Assembly: GCF_001194135.2 (NCBI RefSeq) | Contig: NC_068985.1 | Location: forward strand, 112,245,663-112,309,662 | Source: Octopus bimaculoides | Lineage: Eukaryota | DNA: 64,000 bases | Direction of reading: 5' to 3' | Shown here: positions 1-14,842 of the stretch, one piece after another | Numbering within the stretch: the stretch's first letter is position 1 | How the letters are laid out: each line of letters starts with the position of its first letter | Program-made: the position numbers and the translations under genes | The notes under the pieces: generated by a model | What the model was told of the DNA's origin: nothing | What the model saw: the letters and a program-made list of their open reading frames with translations, nothing else | Database searches by the model: none

Positions 1-53
<53 letters not shown>

Positions 54-691
54 TACACACAAACCTACACAAATATAAGCATATATACGTATATATGTCA
101 GCAAAAGATTCAGTGGGTTTACATATACACATATACAGGTATATCAAGAATCTTATTGAGTCAATATATGTATGCATGTGTGTGTGTGTATACATGCATA
201 CACATGTATAAATATTTAGTATACACTAACATCAATCTAATTACTGCCGAAATAAGTACCCCTTAGATGTCTCACCTTTTCCACATGTGTCTCCTTTAAA
301 GCCTACATCTGTAGAACTTATGACAAGCAGATGTAGAAGTGAGGGCTTTTATCACCAACAGATTTGTTTTTTGATCATCATCGACACCAGATGTGATGGG
401 GTTTTTTGCATTTTATCATCATCACCAGATGTAAATGTTATATATTTGACTCCCTAAAACACACGAAACTTACCCACCCAACATCAAAACTAATTTTGCT
501 CAACACATAACCTTAAAGAAATAATTACTCAACACAACAAAGAAGCAGGCGTGGCTGTGTGGTAAGAAGCTTGCTTCCCAACCACATGGTTCCGGGTTCA
601 GTTCCACTGCATGGCACCTTTGGCAAGTGTCTTCTATTATAGCCTTGAGCCGACCAAAGCCTTGTAGATGGAAACTGAAAGAAGCGTGTCG

Positions 692-730
<39 letters not shown>

Positions 731-2286
731 TTGTGTGCTTGTCCCTCCACCATCATTTGACAATCAGTCTATATATGTTTACGTCCCCATAACTTAGTGG
801 TTCAGCAAAAGAGACTGATAGAATAAGTACCAGGCTTACAAAGAATAAGTCTAGGGTCGATTTCTTCGATGCAAAGGTGGTGCTCCAGCATGGCTACAGT
901 GAAAATGACTGAAACAAGTAAAAGTGTGTAAGCCTCTTCATGACTGCATAATCTGCTAGAAATAGTAGCTAAATTTCCCTCAAATCATACCCTATTCTGT
1001 CTTGCAAAATAAATAAATAAATAAATAGAAAAAGGCATTGATTAATATAGCTTTAGCTATATCCTCTATCTTTTACCCGTTTCAGTCATTAGACTGTGGC
1101 CTTGCTGGGGCACCACCTTGAAGAATTTTTAGTTGAATGAATCGACCCCCAGGGCTCATCTTTTTAAGCCTGGTATTTACTCTATCAATCTCTTAATCTG
1201 AATTGCTAAGTTATGGAGATGTAAACACACCAACACTGGTTGGGGACAAAGACGCACATACATATACGATGGGCTTCTTTCAGTTTCCATCTACCAAATC
1301 CACTCACAAGGCTTTGGTCAGCCCAAGGCTATAGATGAAACTTGCCCAGAGTGCCATGCAGAGATACTGAACTTGGAACCATGTGATTGGGAAAGAAGCT
1401 TCTTACCACACAACCATGCATGTGCCTATATTATGATAATGTTGAAATTTTCAGCCCAAATTTACAATCAAAAAAAAAAAAAAAGGCTGAAGGTAAAAAA
1501 TACACACACCCGGTGTTTAGGTTTAGGGTTCAGGTTAGGGTTACGCTGAAAATGGGTGGTGTGCGTATTCTTAACCTCTGCCGAAATAAAGGGAGGTGAA
1601 TTTATATCCCAAAATGCCATATGAAGTGCAAAATTGGGAAAAATTATATCATTTGAATGTTTACACTATTTGCTACATCAAGTAGTATATCCCAAAATAT
1701 AATTCTTTGTGATATATAGGCACAATGCTTGAAATTTGTGGGAGGGGTAGCCTATTACATTGACCCCCATCAGGGCTTAGCTACTACTTATTTTATCAAT
1801 CTCATAAGGACGAAAGTCTAAGTAAAGCTCAGTGCTAATTGAACTTACGATATAAAAGAGATGGAAGAAATTCTGGTAAGCATTTTGTCTGACACTTTAA
1901 TGATTCTGACAACTCACCATCTCATTATTAATAATAATAATAACCATCATCATCATCATCATCATCATCGTTTAACGTCCGCTTCCCATGCTAGCATGGG
2001 TTGGACGATTTGACTGAGGACTGGCAAGCCAGAAGGCTGCACCAGGCTCCAATCTGATCTGGCAGAGTTTCTACAGCTGGATGCCCTTCCTAACGCCAAC
2101 CACTCCGAGAGTGTAGTGGGTGCTTTTATGTGCCACCGGCACGAGGACCAGTCACACGGTACTGGCAACGACCACGCTCAAAAAGGTGTTTTTTACGTGC
2201 CACCTGCATGGGAGCCAGTCCAGCGGCACTGGCAACGACCTCGCTTGAATGATTTTCTAATAATAATAATGATGATAATAATAATA

Positions 2287-3031
2287 NNNNNNNNNNNNNN
2301 NNNNNNNNNNNNNNNNNNNNNNNNNNNNNNNNNNNNNNNNNNNNNNNNNNNNNNNNNNNNNNNNNNNNNNNNNNNNNNNNNNNNNNNNNNNNNNNNNNNN
2401 NNNNNNNNNNNNNNNNNNNNNNNNNNNNNNNNNNNNNNNNNNNNNNNNNNNNNNNNNNNNNNNNNNNNNNNNNNNNNNNNNNNNNNNNNNNNNNNNNNNN
2501 NNNNNNNNNNNNNNNNNNNNNNNNNNNNNNNNNNNNNNNNNNNNNNNNNNNNNNNNNNNNNNNNNNNNNNNNNNNNNNNNNNNNNNNNNNNNNNNNNNNN
2601 NNNNNNNNNNNNNNNNNNNNNNNNNNNNNNNNNNNNNNNNNNNNNNNNNNNNNNNNNNNNNNNNNNNNNNNNNNNNNNNNNNNNNNNNNNNNNNNNNNNN
2701 NNNNNNNNNNNNNNNNNNNNNNNNNNNNNNNNNNNNNNNNNNNNNNNNNNNNNNNNNNNNNNNNNNNNNNNNNNNNNNNNNNNNNNNNNNNNNNNNNNNN
2801 NNNNNNNNNNNNNNNNNNNNNNNNNNNNNNNNNNNNNNNNNNNNNNNNNNNNNNNNNNNNNNNNNNNNNNNNNNNNNNNNNNNNNNNNNNNNNNNNNNNN
2901 NNNNNNNNNNNNNNNNNNNNNNNNNNNNNNNNNNNNNNNNNNNNNNNNNNNNNNNNNNNNNNNNNNNNNNNNNNNNNNNNNNNNNNNNNNNNNNNNNNNN
3001 NNNNNNNNNNNNNNNNNNNNNNNNNNNNNNN
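2287..3031. other. Assembly gap (N). Others at about 4666-5378, 6514-7351, 13184-13217, 17191-17703, 23016-23058, 43022-43891, 44725-44734, 49226-49792, 52871-53497 and 59604-59983
   Basis: Runs of N; further exons could be hidden in them. Confidence 0.99.
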
Positions 3032-3267
3032 GGGATTGGGGGTTGATTTGTTCAAATAAACTCTTCAAAGAGGTGTTCCAGCATGGCCACATTCCAATGA
3101 CCGTCAAACAAAGTATCAGAGGTAACACTGTCCCGAACAGGATTCGCAGTTTCAAGGGAAACAAATAACCACATTTAATCCAGTATTCCACAGTTTCAGA
3201 CATTACGCTGCCCTATCGAAAATGGAATCTACTTCGGTTGCCAGGACAGCATATTAGTTTTCATCAA

Positions 3268-3281
3268 GTTGCCATAGTAAC
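3268..3281. promoter_or_regulatory. RFX X-box-like palindrome GTTGCCATAGTAAC
   Basis: Matches the GTNRCC-AT-RGYAAC consensus and lies in non-repetitive sequence. Confidence 0.45.
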
Positions 3282-4397
3282 TAACAAACAGATTAGGTAA
3301 TGTATTGATTTTCTGCACTCTTTATGAGGCACACAGCAAAGTTTTTGTTGTTTAGCCCCAGGCCAATCCTGATCCAGTAGATTTATAAGAAGATGCATTC
3401 TAGCAGTAACCATTATATTATCTTTAATTCAGACAAGATGCATCTGCATTCTGGATTACATTAACCAGTGGATTTAGATTCTTCCTTTCATTTTAAATTC
3501 AATATGGTATAATTTGAGGGAGATTTGGTTGTTGTTTCTATTAGATTAAGTAACCATGTAGTAGTCCTTTGAGGAAGGGGCATATGAAACTGTCCTAATA
3601 CATATGTACTAATATATGTATGTAATATGTGCATGCATGATGTATGTATGTATGTATGTATGTATGTATGTATGCACACAAGTTATTCATGTATGCATGA
3701 ATGTAATGTATGTAAGAATGAAGTATGTATGGGTAGGCATGGCTGTTTGGTAAGAAGCTTGCTTCCTAACCACATGGTTCCAAGTTCAGTCCCACTGCAC
3801 GGCCACTTGGGCAAGTGTCTTCTCCTATAGCCTCAGGCCGACCAAAGCCTTGTGGATGGATTTGGTAGACGGAAACTGAAAGAAGCCCATTGTGTATATG
3901 TGTGTTTGTGTATATAATGTATATATCTATGTGTGTGTCATTGTGTCTGTGTTTGTCCCCCACCACCAGGGTGAGTGTTCATCTCCTACCACCAGGATGT
4001 GTGTTCACCCCCTACCACCAGGATGTGTGTTCATCCCTGTAACTTGACAGTTCAGCAAAAGAGGCCGACAAAATAAGTACTTGGCTTTTGAAAAAAACAA
4101 AGCAAGTACTGGGGTCGATACATTTGACTACAAATTCTTTAAGGCAGCGCTCCAGCTTGGTCACACTCTAGTGACTGAAACAAATAATAAATATATGTAT
4201 GAATGTGCATGTGTGTGTTTGTGTGTGTCTGTGTGTCCATCAATCCGGATAGGACACTTCGTACTGACCTGGTGCATTTACACCTATGTTTCTACAGTAG
4301 GAATGTTTCTCCAAGACTAAATGCAGTGAATGGCTTCATGTGTTCAAACAGGCCTTAAACATATTTGGACTGATAACAAGTTTGTGTGTGTGTGTAC

Positions 4398-4458
<61 letters not shown>

Positions 4459-4566
4459 ATATATATAAATATATAATTTAGAGAAAAGAACCACAATTCT
4501 TGAACTCATCCATGAATTTTTACCTGTAAATTTGGATTTTTATCCAATATTATTATCATTATATAT

Positions 4567-4597
<31 letters not shown>

Positions 4598-5378
4598 ACG
4601 AATATGAGGGGTTTGGTTCACTTGTGATCTAAACGAATAAGTACGCTGAATAAGTGCTATAGTTGNNNNNNNNNNNNNNNNNNNNNNNNNNNNNNNNNNN
4701 NNNNNNNNNNNNNNNNNNNNNNNNNNNNNNNNNNNNNNNNNNNNNNNNNNNNNNNNNNNNNNNNNNNNNNNNNNNNNNNNNNNNNNNNNNNNNNNNNNNN
4801 NNNNNNNNNNNNNNNNNNNNNNNNNNNNNNNNNNNNNNNNNNNNNNNNNNNNNNNNNNNNNNNNNNNNNNNNNNNNNNNNNNNNNNNNNNNNNNNNNNNN
4901 NNNNNNNNNNNNNNNNNNNNNNNNNNNNNNNNNNNNNNNNNNNNNNNNNNNNNNNNNNNNNNNNNNNNNNNNNNNNNNNNNNNNNNNNNNNNNNNNNNNN
5001 NNNNNNNNNNNNNNNNNNNNNNNNNNNNNNNNNNNNNNNNNNNNNNNNNNNNNNNNNNNNNNNNNNNNNNNNNNNNNNNNNNNNNNNNNNNNNNNNNNNN
5101 NNNNNNNNNNNNNNNNNNNNNNNNNNNNNNNNNNNNNNNNNNNNNNNNNNNNNNNNNNNNNNNNNNNNNNNNNNNNNNNNNNNNNNNNNNNNNNNNNNNN
5201 NNNNNNNNNNNNNNNNNNNNNNNNNNNNNNNNNNNNNNNNNNNNNNNNNNNNNNNNNNNNNNNNNNNNNNNNNNNNNNNNNNNNNNNNNNNNNNNNNNNN
5301 NNNNNNNNNNNNNNNNNNNNNNNNNNNNNNNNNNNNNNNNNNNNNNNNNNNNNNNNNNNNNNNNNNNNNNNNNNNNNN

Positions 5379-5428
<50 letters not shown>

Positions 5429-8269
5429 CCTAGTATATGCTAGTATGGAAGAAAGATGTTAAACAATAATGATGATGATATATATATAGTACACACAAAC
5501 ATAAATAAGGCATCCTTTAGATTGTCTCACCTTTAGCACATGTGTCTCTTTTTAAGGTTCACATCTGTAGAATTTATGACACACAGATGTTGATGTGAAG
5601 GCTTTTACTACCATCAGATTTTTCTGATCAACATCGACACCAGATGTATCTGCTTTTTTGCATTTTATCATTGCCGCCAGATGTAAATATATTATATATT
5701 TGGTTCCCTAAAGCATAACATGCAACCTACTCACCAAACATCGTAACTAATTTTCTAAACCATTTGATGGATCAAGCAAATGAAGAAACTGGTACTCAGG
5801 GGTGTTTCTCAAATATTTTTTTTATTCCACACCCTGCTTCACTCCCCGCCCCTTCACTGCCAAACATCACTCCAACATGATTAGACAAAGAATGTATGTA
5901 TTACTGCTGCTGCCACTGTTATCATCTTTTAACATCCATTTTCCATGCTGGCATGGGTTGGACAGTTAGTACACTAGAGAGCTGCACCAGGCTCCAGAGG
6001 TCTGTTCTGGCTTGGTTTCTACAGCTGGGTGTCCTTCCTAACGCCAACCATTTTATAGCATGTACTGGTCATGACTACTTAGCTTCAAATATATTTATAA
6101 ATGTGTGTGTATCATCATCATTTAATATTTATGTTTCGGTTGGATGGTTTAACAGGATCCAATGTGTCCAAGGACCAACCGAGCTCAAATACCTGCTTTG
6201 GTATAGTTTTTATGGAAAAAGGCACATTGCTTAATTGGAGGGTGGGGGTCTGGTTCCTTGCACATAGGGAAAATACATTGGATGGTCATATATGGAATGT
6301 CTACGAATATAGCATTGCTTGATCAGAACTGACCCGGGTGAAACACCACCAACAACAACAACATTAATTAAGGGCTTAGGGTGAGACAAGAAGTAAGGAA
6401 AGATTCATTTGAGTTGGGGGTCGGTACTTAAATGGAATGAAGATGGGGGTTGTAAAGAAAGGGAGTAGATTTTCAGAATTACATCTGCCACCCCTTTATC
6501 TGTACCACCCACCNNNNNNNNNNNNNNNNNNNNNNNNNNNNNNNNNNNNNNNNNNNNNNNNNNNNNNNNNNNNNNNNNNNNNNNNNNNNNNNNNNNNNNN
6601 NNNNNNNNNNNNNNNNNNNNNNNNNNNNNNNNNNNNNNNNNNNNNNNNNNNNNNNNNNNNNNNNNNNNNNNNNNNNNNNNNNNNNNNNNNNNNNNNNNNN
6701 NNNNNNNNNNNNNNNNNNNNNNNNNNNNNNNNNNNNNNNNNNNNNNNNNNNNNNNNNNNNNNNNNNNNNNNNNNNNNNNNNNNNNNNNNNNNNNNNNNNN
6801 NNNNNNNNNNNNNNNNNNNNNNNNNNNNNNNNNNNNNNNNNNNNNNNNNNNNNNNNNNNNNNNNNNNNNNNNNNNNNNNNNNNNNNNNNNNNNNNNNNNN
6901 NNNNNNNNNNNNNNNNNNNNNNNNNNNNNNNNNNNNNNNNNNNNNNNNNNNNNNNNNNNNNNNNNNNNNNNNNNNNNNNNNNNNNNNNNNNNNNNNNNNN
7001 NNNNNNNNNNNNNNNNNNNNNNNNNNNNNNNNNNNNNNNNNNNNNNNNNNNNNNNNNNNNNNNNNNNNNNNNNNNNNNNNNNNNNNNNNNNNNNNNNNNN
7101 NNNNNNNNNNNNNNNNNNNNNNNNNNNNNNNNNNNNNNNNNNNNNNNNNNNNNNNNNNNNNNNNNNNNNNNNNNNNNNNNNNNNNNNNNNNNNNNNNNNN
7201 NNNNNNNNNNNNNNNNNNNNNNNNNNNNNNNNNNNNNNNNNNNNNNNNNNNNNNNNNNNNNNNNNNNNNNNNNNNNNNNNNNNNNNNNNNNNNNNNNNNN
7301 NNNNNNNNNNNNNNNNNNNNNNNNNNNNNNNNNNNNNNNNNNNNNNNNNNNGGTTGTGTGTGGTGGTGGTTGTGTGTGGTGGTGGTGGTTGTGTGTGGTG
7401 GTGTGCATATGCGTGTGTGAGTGTGTAAAGATATATGTGTGTGTAGCCTAGTGGTTAGGGCGTTGGATTTACAATTCCTAGATCGTGGGTTTGATTCCCA
7501 GATTGGGTAGAACATTGCGTTTTCTAGCAAAACACTTCATTTCACACTGCTCGACGACATCTGACGTGTGGCAGATTTGTGCCCCTGTACAAGCTATGAC
7601 AATTTGATGGAGGGAGTGAGCTAATGCAAACAGAAACAGTTCATTACTGTAAACAAATCATCTGCAAATTGCAGAACTCTCAAACTTGACAAACACAGGC
7701 TAGCTATCGAAAGATCATTCAACCAATTAAATCATCATCATCCGTTTTCCATACTAGCATGGGTTGGACGATTTGACTAGAGGACTGGCAAATCAGATGG
7801 CTGCACCAAGCCCCAATCTGATCTGGCAGAGTTTCTGCACCTGGATGCCCTTCCTAACGCCAACTACTCTGAGAGTGTAGTGGGTGCTTTTACGGGCCAC
7901 CAGCACGAGGGCCAGTCAGGTGGTACTGGCAATGGCCATGCTCAAATGGTGTTTTTTACATGCCACCAGCATGGAAGCCAGACAGCTGCTCTGGCAATGA
8001 TCACGCTCAGATGGTGTTGTTAGTGCTCCACTGGCATGGGTGCCAGTCATCGAATATGGTTCGATTTCAATTTCATTTGGTCTTCACAGGTCTTCACAAG
8101 CAGAGTTTAGTGTCCAATGAAGGAAAGTTAAGCATAAGTGTGCTGGTTATACCTCTGGCAACGGCCATGGGTTATGGTCTCACTTGGCTTGCCGAGTTTG
8201 CTCATGCACAGCATATTTCCAAAGGTCTCAGTCACTAGTCATTGCAATCGCATCACTCTTCATATTTTC

Positions 8270-8304
<35 letters not shown>

Positions 8305-8393
8305 GCCTTGATGCAGTACCAGACAGTGGCTCTCATGGCTTCTGATGTTAACTGATTGGAAATGCCATCATGTGCATTGTTTTGTATATATAA

Positions 8394-8427
<34 letters not shown>

Positions 8428-9068
8428 GCATATAAATACACCAATATATTAGTCTGTGTGTGCGCACGCATGTGTATGTATTCATCTATGTACACATATA
8501 CACCAACTTTGTAAATGCTTAAAATACCTTAAAACACTTGAAGACTACCCAGTACACATGGAAGGGGTTTACCCCACTACAGCGCCAAAGCAGGCGACTT
8601 AGGTGGGTCTGCACTAGTCTCTAGTAAACCACCTAACTGTATTAGAGAAACATTGACTGTTACTATAAATAAACATGTTTATCAATTGACCATATACCCT
8701 GGTTTCAACCTAGGTCACAAACCACCTGTTGTCAGATCATGTACCCTTCCATCCTAGGTGATAACACCTGTTTTATCATACACTATTCCAGCTAATCAAC
8801 TCTTTGTTATCAAATACTTTTATCTGTTATTTAATATATACACACACAGATACATACAAACGCACGTGACAATGATACAAAACAACAGCAGTGACACATT
8901 TAATCTTGAACTCCTATTACTGCACTTAAAACAAATCTGATATTAAAGGTTTTATATTTTGCCTTTCGATTGTCCTGTATATCACATGCAATATGCAAGA
9001 CATATTTCCCTGGCAGTCATGCATTGTATACAATGACATACATTCCAAATTTTTTTTAACTCCTAGAG

Positions 9069-9297
9069 CAGGGGTTCCCAACCATTTTTTTTCTTTATGG
9101 ACCCCTTTGATTTCTATTTTATTCTGGTGGACCCCCATAGCCATTCAATATTTTTAAAACTACTTCCTTCAAAATTCCAATTTTATTTTACGTCCCACTG
9201 CGTGGCACCTTGGACAAGTGTCTTCTACTACAGCCTCAGGCCGACCAAAGCCATGTGAGTGGTAGACGGAAACTGAAAGAAGCCCGTTGTATATATG

Positions 9298-9330
<33 letters not shown>

Positions 9331-9931
9331 GTTTGTGTATCTGTGTTTGTCCCCCCAACATCGCTTGACAACTGATGCTGGTGTGTTTAGGTCCCCGTAA
9401 CTTAGCGGTTCGGCAAAAAGTGACCGATAGAATAAGTACTAGGCTTACAAAGAATAAGTCCTGGGGTCGATTTGATTCGACTAAAGGCGGTGCTCCAGCA
9501 TGGCCGCAGTCAAATGACTGAAACAAGTAAAAGTATTAACGTGTTTGTTGTATTATGTAAAACTTTAGAGAAAAAAAATCCAAGCTGTTTTTTGCAGTAC
9601 ATACCAATATATACATCATCATCATCATTTTGTGTCTGCTTTCCATGCTGGCATGGGTTAGACGGTTTGACTGAAAACTGGTAAGCGGGAGAGCTGCACC
9701 AGGTTCCACTCTGATTTGGCATGGTTTCTACAGCTGGATGCCCTTCCTAGCGCTAACCACTCCAAGAGCGTAATGGGTACTTTTTACATGCCACTGATAT
9801 TGGTGTCAGTGATGTGAAACCAGCACTGGCCTTCACAAGTCTGAAGCAAAATTTTTGCAGGATGCCTTAAGATACTGTTTTGTTGCGTGGACCCCCAAAA
9901 ATCTAATATGGACTCTGGTTGAGAACCGCTG
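9069..9931. mobile_element. hAT MITE carrying two nested SINE fragments
   Basis: TIRs CAGGGGTTCCCAACC / GGTTGAGAACCGCTG; degenerate TSD tcCTAGAG / caCTAGAG; SINEs at about 9190-9535 and 9615-9790. Related pieces occur at about 58886-59060, 60695-61160 and 62100-62180. Confidence 0.75.
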
Positions 9932-10449
9932 CACTAGAGCAACTTGGGACTTGTGTAAGGTAAGCTTTATATTACTCAGAGCGGATGAATCAAGGGTTAA
10001 CTAAAGGTCTAAAAAGAAGCATGGACATTTAGGACAAATTTATGAAAATGCTTTGGACAAACAAAGGGTTAAGCTAATTGAGATTGAGAAAGGGTAGAGC
10101 CTATGATACATAAGGGTACTCGCACACTGATATGACTGACATAATGTACGTCCAACAGGTCAATGTCTCAAGAGGAGTGCTTAGGCCCGGTTCTAGTTTG
10201 AATGCAGGCAATAAAGTGAACTCTACAAAAGGCACACAGGCATCAGGTGCTTGTGTTTACCCAGATAACGCGTTAAATCAACTAAATTAAACACACCTAA
10301 GGACCAGTAGTTGATATTACAAAGTGCAGCTGATTAGGCAAACCTCCCAAGTTAAAAACACCTAAAGACCAGGTGTCGCTATTACAAAGTGGGAAGAGGT
10401 TAACTGTCTAAAGACAGTTTCTCCATTTCAAAAAGCAACGGAAGGAAGG

Positions 10450-10488
<39 letters not shown>

Positions 10489-11495
10489 CATCCTTGTGTT
10501 TGTCCCCTACCCACTACTTGACAACCAGTGTTGGTTTGTTTATGTCCTCATCCTCATAACTCAGTTGTTCAACAATAGAGGCTTATAGAAAAAGTACCAG
10601 ACTTAAAAAAAAAACATATTTGGTTTGATTTGTTCAACTAAACATTTCAAGGCAGTGCCCCAGCATGACCACCGTCCAATGAATAAAACAAGCAAAAAAT
10701 AAAAGATATCTAAGGCTTTTCCAAGAACCCAAGTTTATCTAACCCTTCAGCATTTAAAATGGTCATATCTAGCCTAAATATTCCACCTGTCTTATGTTCA
10801 AACTAACCAGATCAAACTTCAACCACCTACCTTACTATGTCATTCTAAAAATAAACTATCACATCTTCAAAATGTTGGAGATACGCAATAATGCAGGATT
10901 AAATTCAAAACAGTGTTTGTAAATATGCATCACATCTGGCAGAGAAATCTGAATACTAAAGAGTTTTAAGACCAAGTAGTGCTGCCAAGCCATTTCGAAA
11001 GAACCAAGAAACCAGGTGCTGGTGTCCAACAAGGTGGTTTGCTAAACCTACCACTTATTTGATGCGTCACAAGCACAAAAAGGTTTTATTTTCATCTACA
11101 GTATATACTCACAGACAGGTTGCACCAGTGGATAAATCACACCCTTAGTTTGGGGTTATCAAAGTAGGAATTTGTAGTTGACTCACAGATAGGCCACACT
11201 ATAATCTGGGGAGTAATATGGCCCTTTTTTCAATGTAAATATAACTAATACTTGTTAAATATTATCAAATATTCACCTTTATTTCAAAACTTTGCTTACA
11301 AATGTTAAAACATTTTTGTGGAGGTACCTACACAAAAGTAGTCTAATTGATAAATCAACTTGACTACTGATATGCCGCTGTCTATTTCAGATCCCTGTGA
11401 TGTAGAGTGGATAGGTTGCACCATTGATTTTTATCGAAATTTTTGGTAAAAACGTGCAACCTACCCTCAAGTATTTACAGTAAGATGCTCTAGAC

Positions 11496-11765
11496 CAGGG
11501 CTGGCCAACCTGGGGCCCGCTTGATACTTTCTTCAAGTGGGTTTATTTAAAACAAACATTTTAAAAATTTTATCAAAAATGAAAGATTGTAATGAAAAAT
11601 GAAAAAGAAAGACACTACTGTTTTTGCAATGATAATATTTCATCTTGAATCAACAATCATTCATTGTTGTAACAATAGCATGAGAAAGCAAAATGCTTTC
11701 AATTCTGTCAGTATACTTTCTGTAATTAAAGTGGCCCGCAATGTAATTCGAGTTGGCCAAGCCTG
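11496..11765. mobile_element. hAT (Charlie-type) MITE, 270 bp, with perfect 8-bp target-site duplication
   Basis: TIRs CAGGGCTGGCCAAC / GTTGGCCAAGCCTG; CTCTAGAC directly on both sides (11488-11495 and 11766-11773). Confidence 0.9.
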
Positions 11766-12198
11766 CTCTAGACACATAAAAAGAGTTGTCTGTTACCCAC
11801 CTGTAAGTGTAGCTTCTAATTTACCAATAAATCAAATGTTACAATTTGTGACTTTTTGAAGGTGAAAGCATGGATGTGTGGATAAGAAGCTTGTTTTGCA
11901 ACCACACAGTTTTAGGCTCAGTCTAAACTACAATCTTACGATCATCAGCCCAACATCCTAACCACTAAGCGACATGCCTCTATTCACCAACGTGGTGACC
12001 TCATTTGAAAGCTAAAATGATGCAAAGTGCATTGTGACCAGTAGTGCATAACAACATCCGATAGTCTGGTTGATCACATGGCATATAGTCTGGTCATTGC
12101 CACCTTCGTCTATTAATATCCATTCTCCATGTTGGCATGGGTTGGACAGTTTGACAGGAGCTGGAAAGCCAGAAGGCCCGAAGGACAGGCCCATCGTG

Positions 12199-12239
<41 letters not shown>

Positions 12240-12441
12240 CTGTCCCCCTAGCATTGCTTGACAACCGATGCTGGTGTGTTTACGTCCCCCCCCCGTAACT
12301 TAGCGGTTCGGCAAAAAGAGACCGATAGAATAAGTACTAGGCTTACAAAGAATAAGTCCTGGGGTCGAATTTCTCGACTACAAAGGCGGTGTTCCAGCAT
12401 GGCCGCAGTCAACTGACTGAAACAAGTAAAGAGTAAAAGAG

Positions 12442-12476
<35 letters not shown>

Positions 12477-13033
12477 ACAAAACAAACGTGTGTATGCATA
12501 TACATGTTGCAAGACAGCATGATATACAAGAGTAAGAGAAAGAAGCATGCCTGCATGTATATGAAAGGGGTGGAGGCCGGGTAGCTGGCTGGCTAATTAG
12601 CATTCATTGTCTATATAACAAAAGTCAGGGGGAAGGGGGACAGGGGATGCAACTGTCTGATTCATCTTCCACCTCTCTGTGGAATGTGTGCGGTGTGGGT
12701 AGAATCGGTTGAGTGGGTGGATGTATGTCTAGAGATAGTGGGAGCTGGGAGGGTAGGGGGCTTGGGCAGAGAAAGAGAGAGAGGGGGGATGAGGCGGGGA
12801 GAAGGGGTGCACGAACAACACATCAAGCAGGTAGTAAACAGAGGCAGTGGAACTACAAAAATAAACTGGACCAGCTAGTTGTAGAAATATGCTATATCAG
12901 CCGCCAAGCAATACACTTCATACACGTGTGCATGTATGAGTACATATGCGCGTGTGTCTCTTCTAGGATATATAGATATATATACATGTATGTATGTATA
13001 TATGTATGTGTGCATGTGTGTGTATCTTCTAGA

Positions 13034-13108
<75 letters not shown>

Positions 13109-13217
13109 TGTCTTTTAGAATATAAATCTATATATATGTGCATGTCTTCTAGAAAAAAAAAATATTTATCTCTGTCTATATATNNNNNNNNNNNNNNNNN
13201 NNNNNNNNNNNNNNNNN

Positions 13218-13305
<88 letters not shown>

Positions 13306-14842
13306 CATATATTTATCTCTCTATATATATATCTACATATATCTATCTATATATATACACACATATATATATATATATCTGCATATATTTATCTACATAT
13401 ATTTCTCTCTCTCTCTCTCTCTGTATATATATATATGACTGTGTGTGTGTCTTCAAGAACACACACACACACACACTATTCATTACTTGTTTCAGTCACA
13501 CTAAATTGCAGCAATGCTTAAGCACCACCTTAAAGAATTTTTAGTTGAACGAATCGACCCAGTACCTTTATTCTTGTATCTCTAAACCTGGTTCATATTC
13601 TATCAGTCTCTTTTGCCAAACTGTCAAGTGACAGGGACATAAGCACAAGTGGCAGTGGGAGCGAACACATACACAAAGACACACACACACATATATATAT
13701 ATATAATAACCGGCTTCTGACACTTGCCATGCAATGGGACTGAACCCGGAACCACGTGCTTGGGAAGCAAACTTTTTTCCACACAGCCATAATATTATAT
13801 ACAAGATATCTTTATATAAATTTTCTTTTATTCTTTTACTATGTTTCAGTCATTTTGACTGTGGCCTTGCTGGAGCACCACCTTAAAGGGTTTTAGCTGA
13901 AGAGATCGACCCCAGAACTTATTGTTTGTAAGCCTAGTACTTATTCTATCAGACCCTTTTGCCGAACCACTAGATTACAGGGACATAAACACACCAGCAT
14001 CAGTTGTCAAGCGATAGCGGGAGCACAAACACAAAGACACACATAAACATATACATATATATAAATGTAGTACCGCCTGACTGGCCTTCGTGCCGGTAGC
14101 ACGTAAAAGCACCCACTACACTCACGGAGTGGTTGGTGTTAGGAAGGGCATCCAGTTGTAGAAACTCTGCCAAATCAGATTGGAACCTGGTGTAGCCACC
14201 TGGTCCACCAGTCCTCAGTCAAATCGTCCAACCCATGCTAGTATGGAAAGCGGACATTAAACGATGATGATGATGATGATGATGACCTATGACGGGCTTC
14301 TTTCAGTTTCCATCTACCAAATCCATTTACAAAGCTTTGGTCAGCCCAAGGCAATAGCAGATAAAAAAGACACTTGGCTAAGGTGCCATGTAGTAGGACT
14401 GAACCCGGAACCATGCGATTGGAAAGCGAGCTTCTTACCACACAGCCACACCTGTGCCTTAATATATCTATATATTTTTATTACCTAAACATCACACACA
14501 CACACACACAATCAAGACCTCTGAGTAGCAAATACAAGAAAAGTGATTCGATCCGGGACAGAGTTATGAAATCTATAATTGTTGAGTCATGGTAGAGTCA
14601 TATAAGTTCCTTTCAAATACACAAACACTAATGCTCGCCTGTTTTATTATCTTTTTATGATACATGCACACATACAAAGGATCGATATAATCGGTTATTA
14701 GAGGCTCCATATATTTATTGCCATACACAGTATTACTAAGCTATGGCAGCGAGGTGGTGTGCATTCATTGCTGTCCTGTGGCCTGGAGTCTTATATAAAA
14801 CCGGGAGTTAATAACAGAGTTGTAATATTAATTAATAAATGA

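Noticed and set aside
545-640. tRNA genes
   Set aside because: A/B-box-like motifs occur only as SINE heads; no complete cloverleaf was seen.
4269-4318. Exon candidate ending CAG|GTCAGT at 4269
   Set aside because: The acceptor is weak, only a phase-2 frame is open and the peptide is uninformative; it cannot be linked to the phase-0 end of the 21505 exon.
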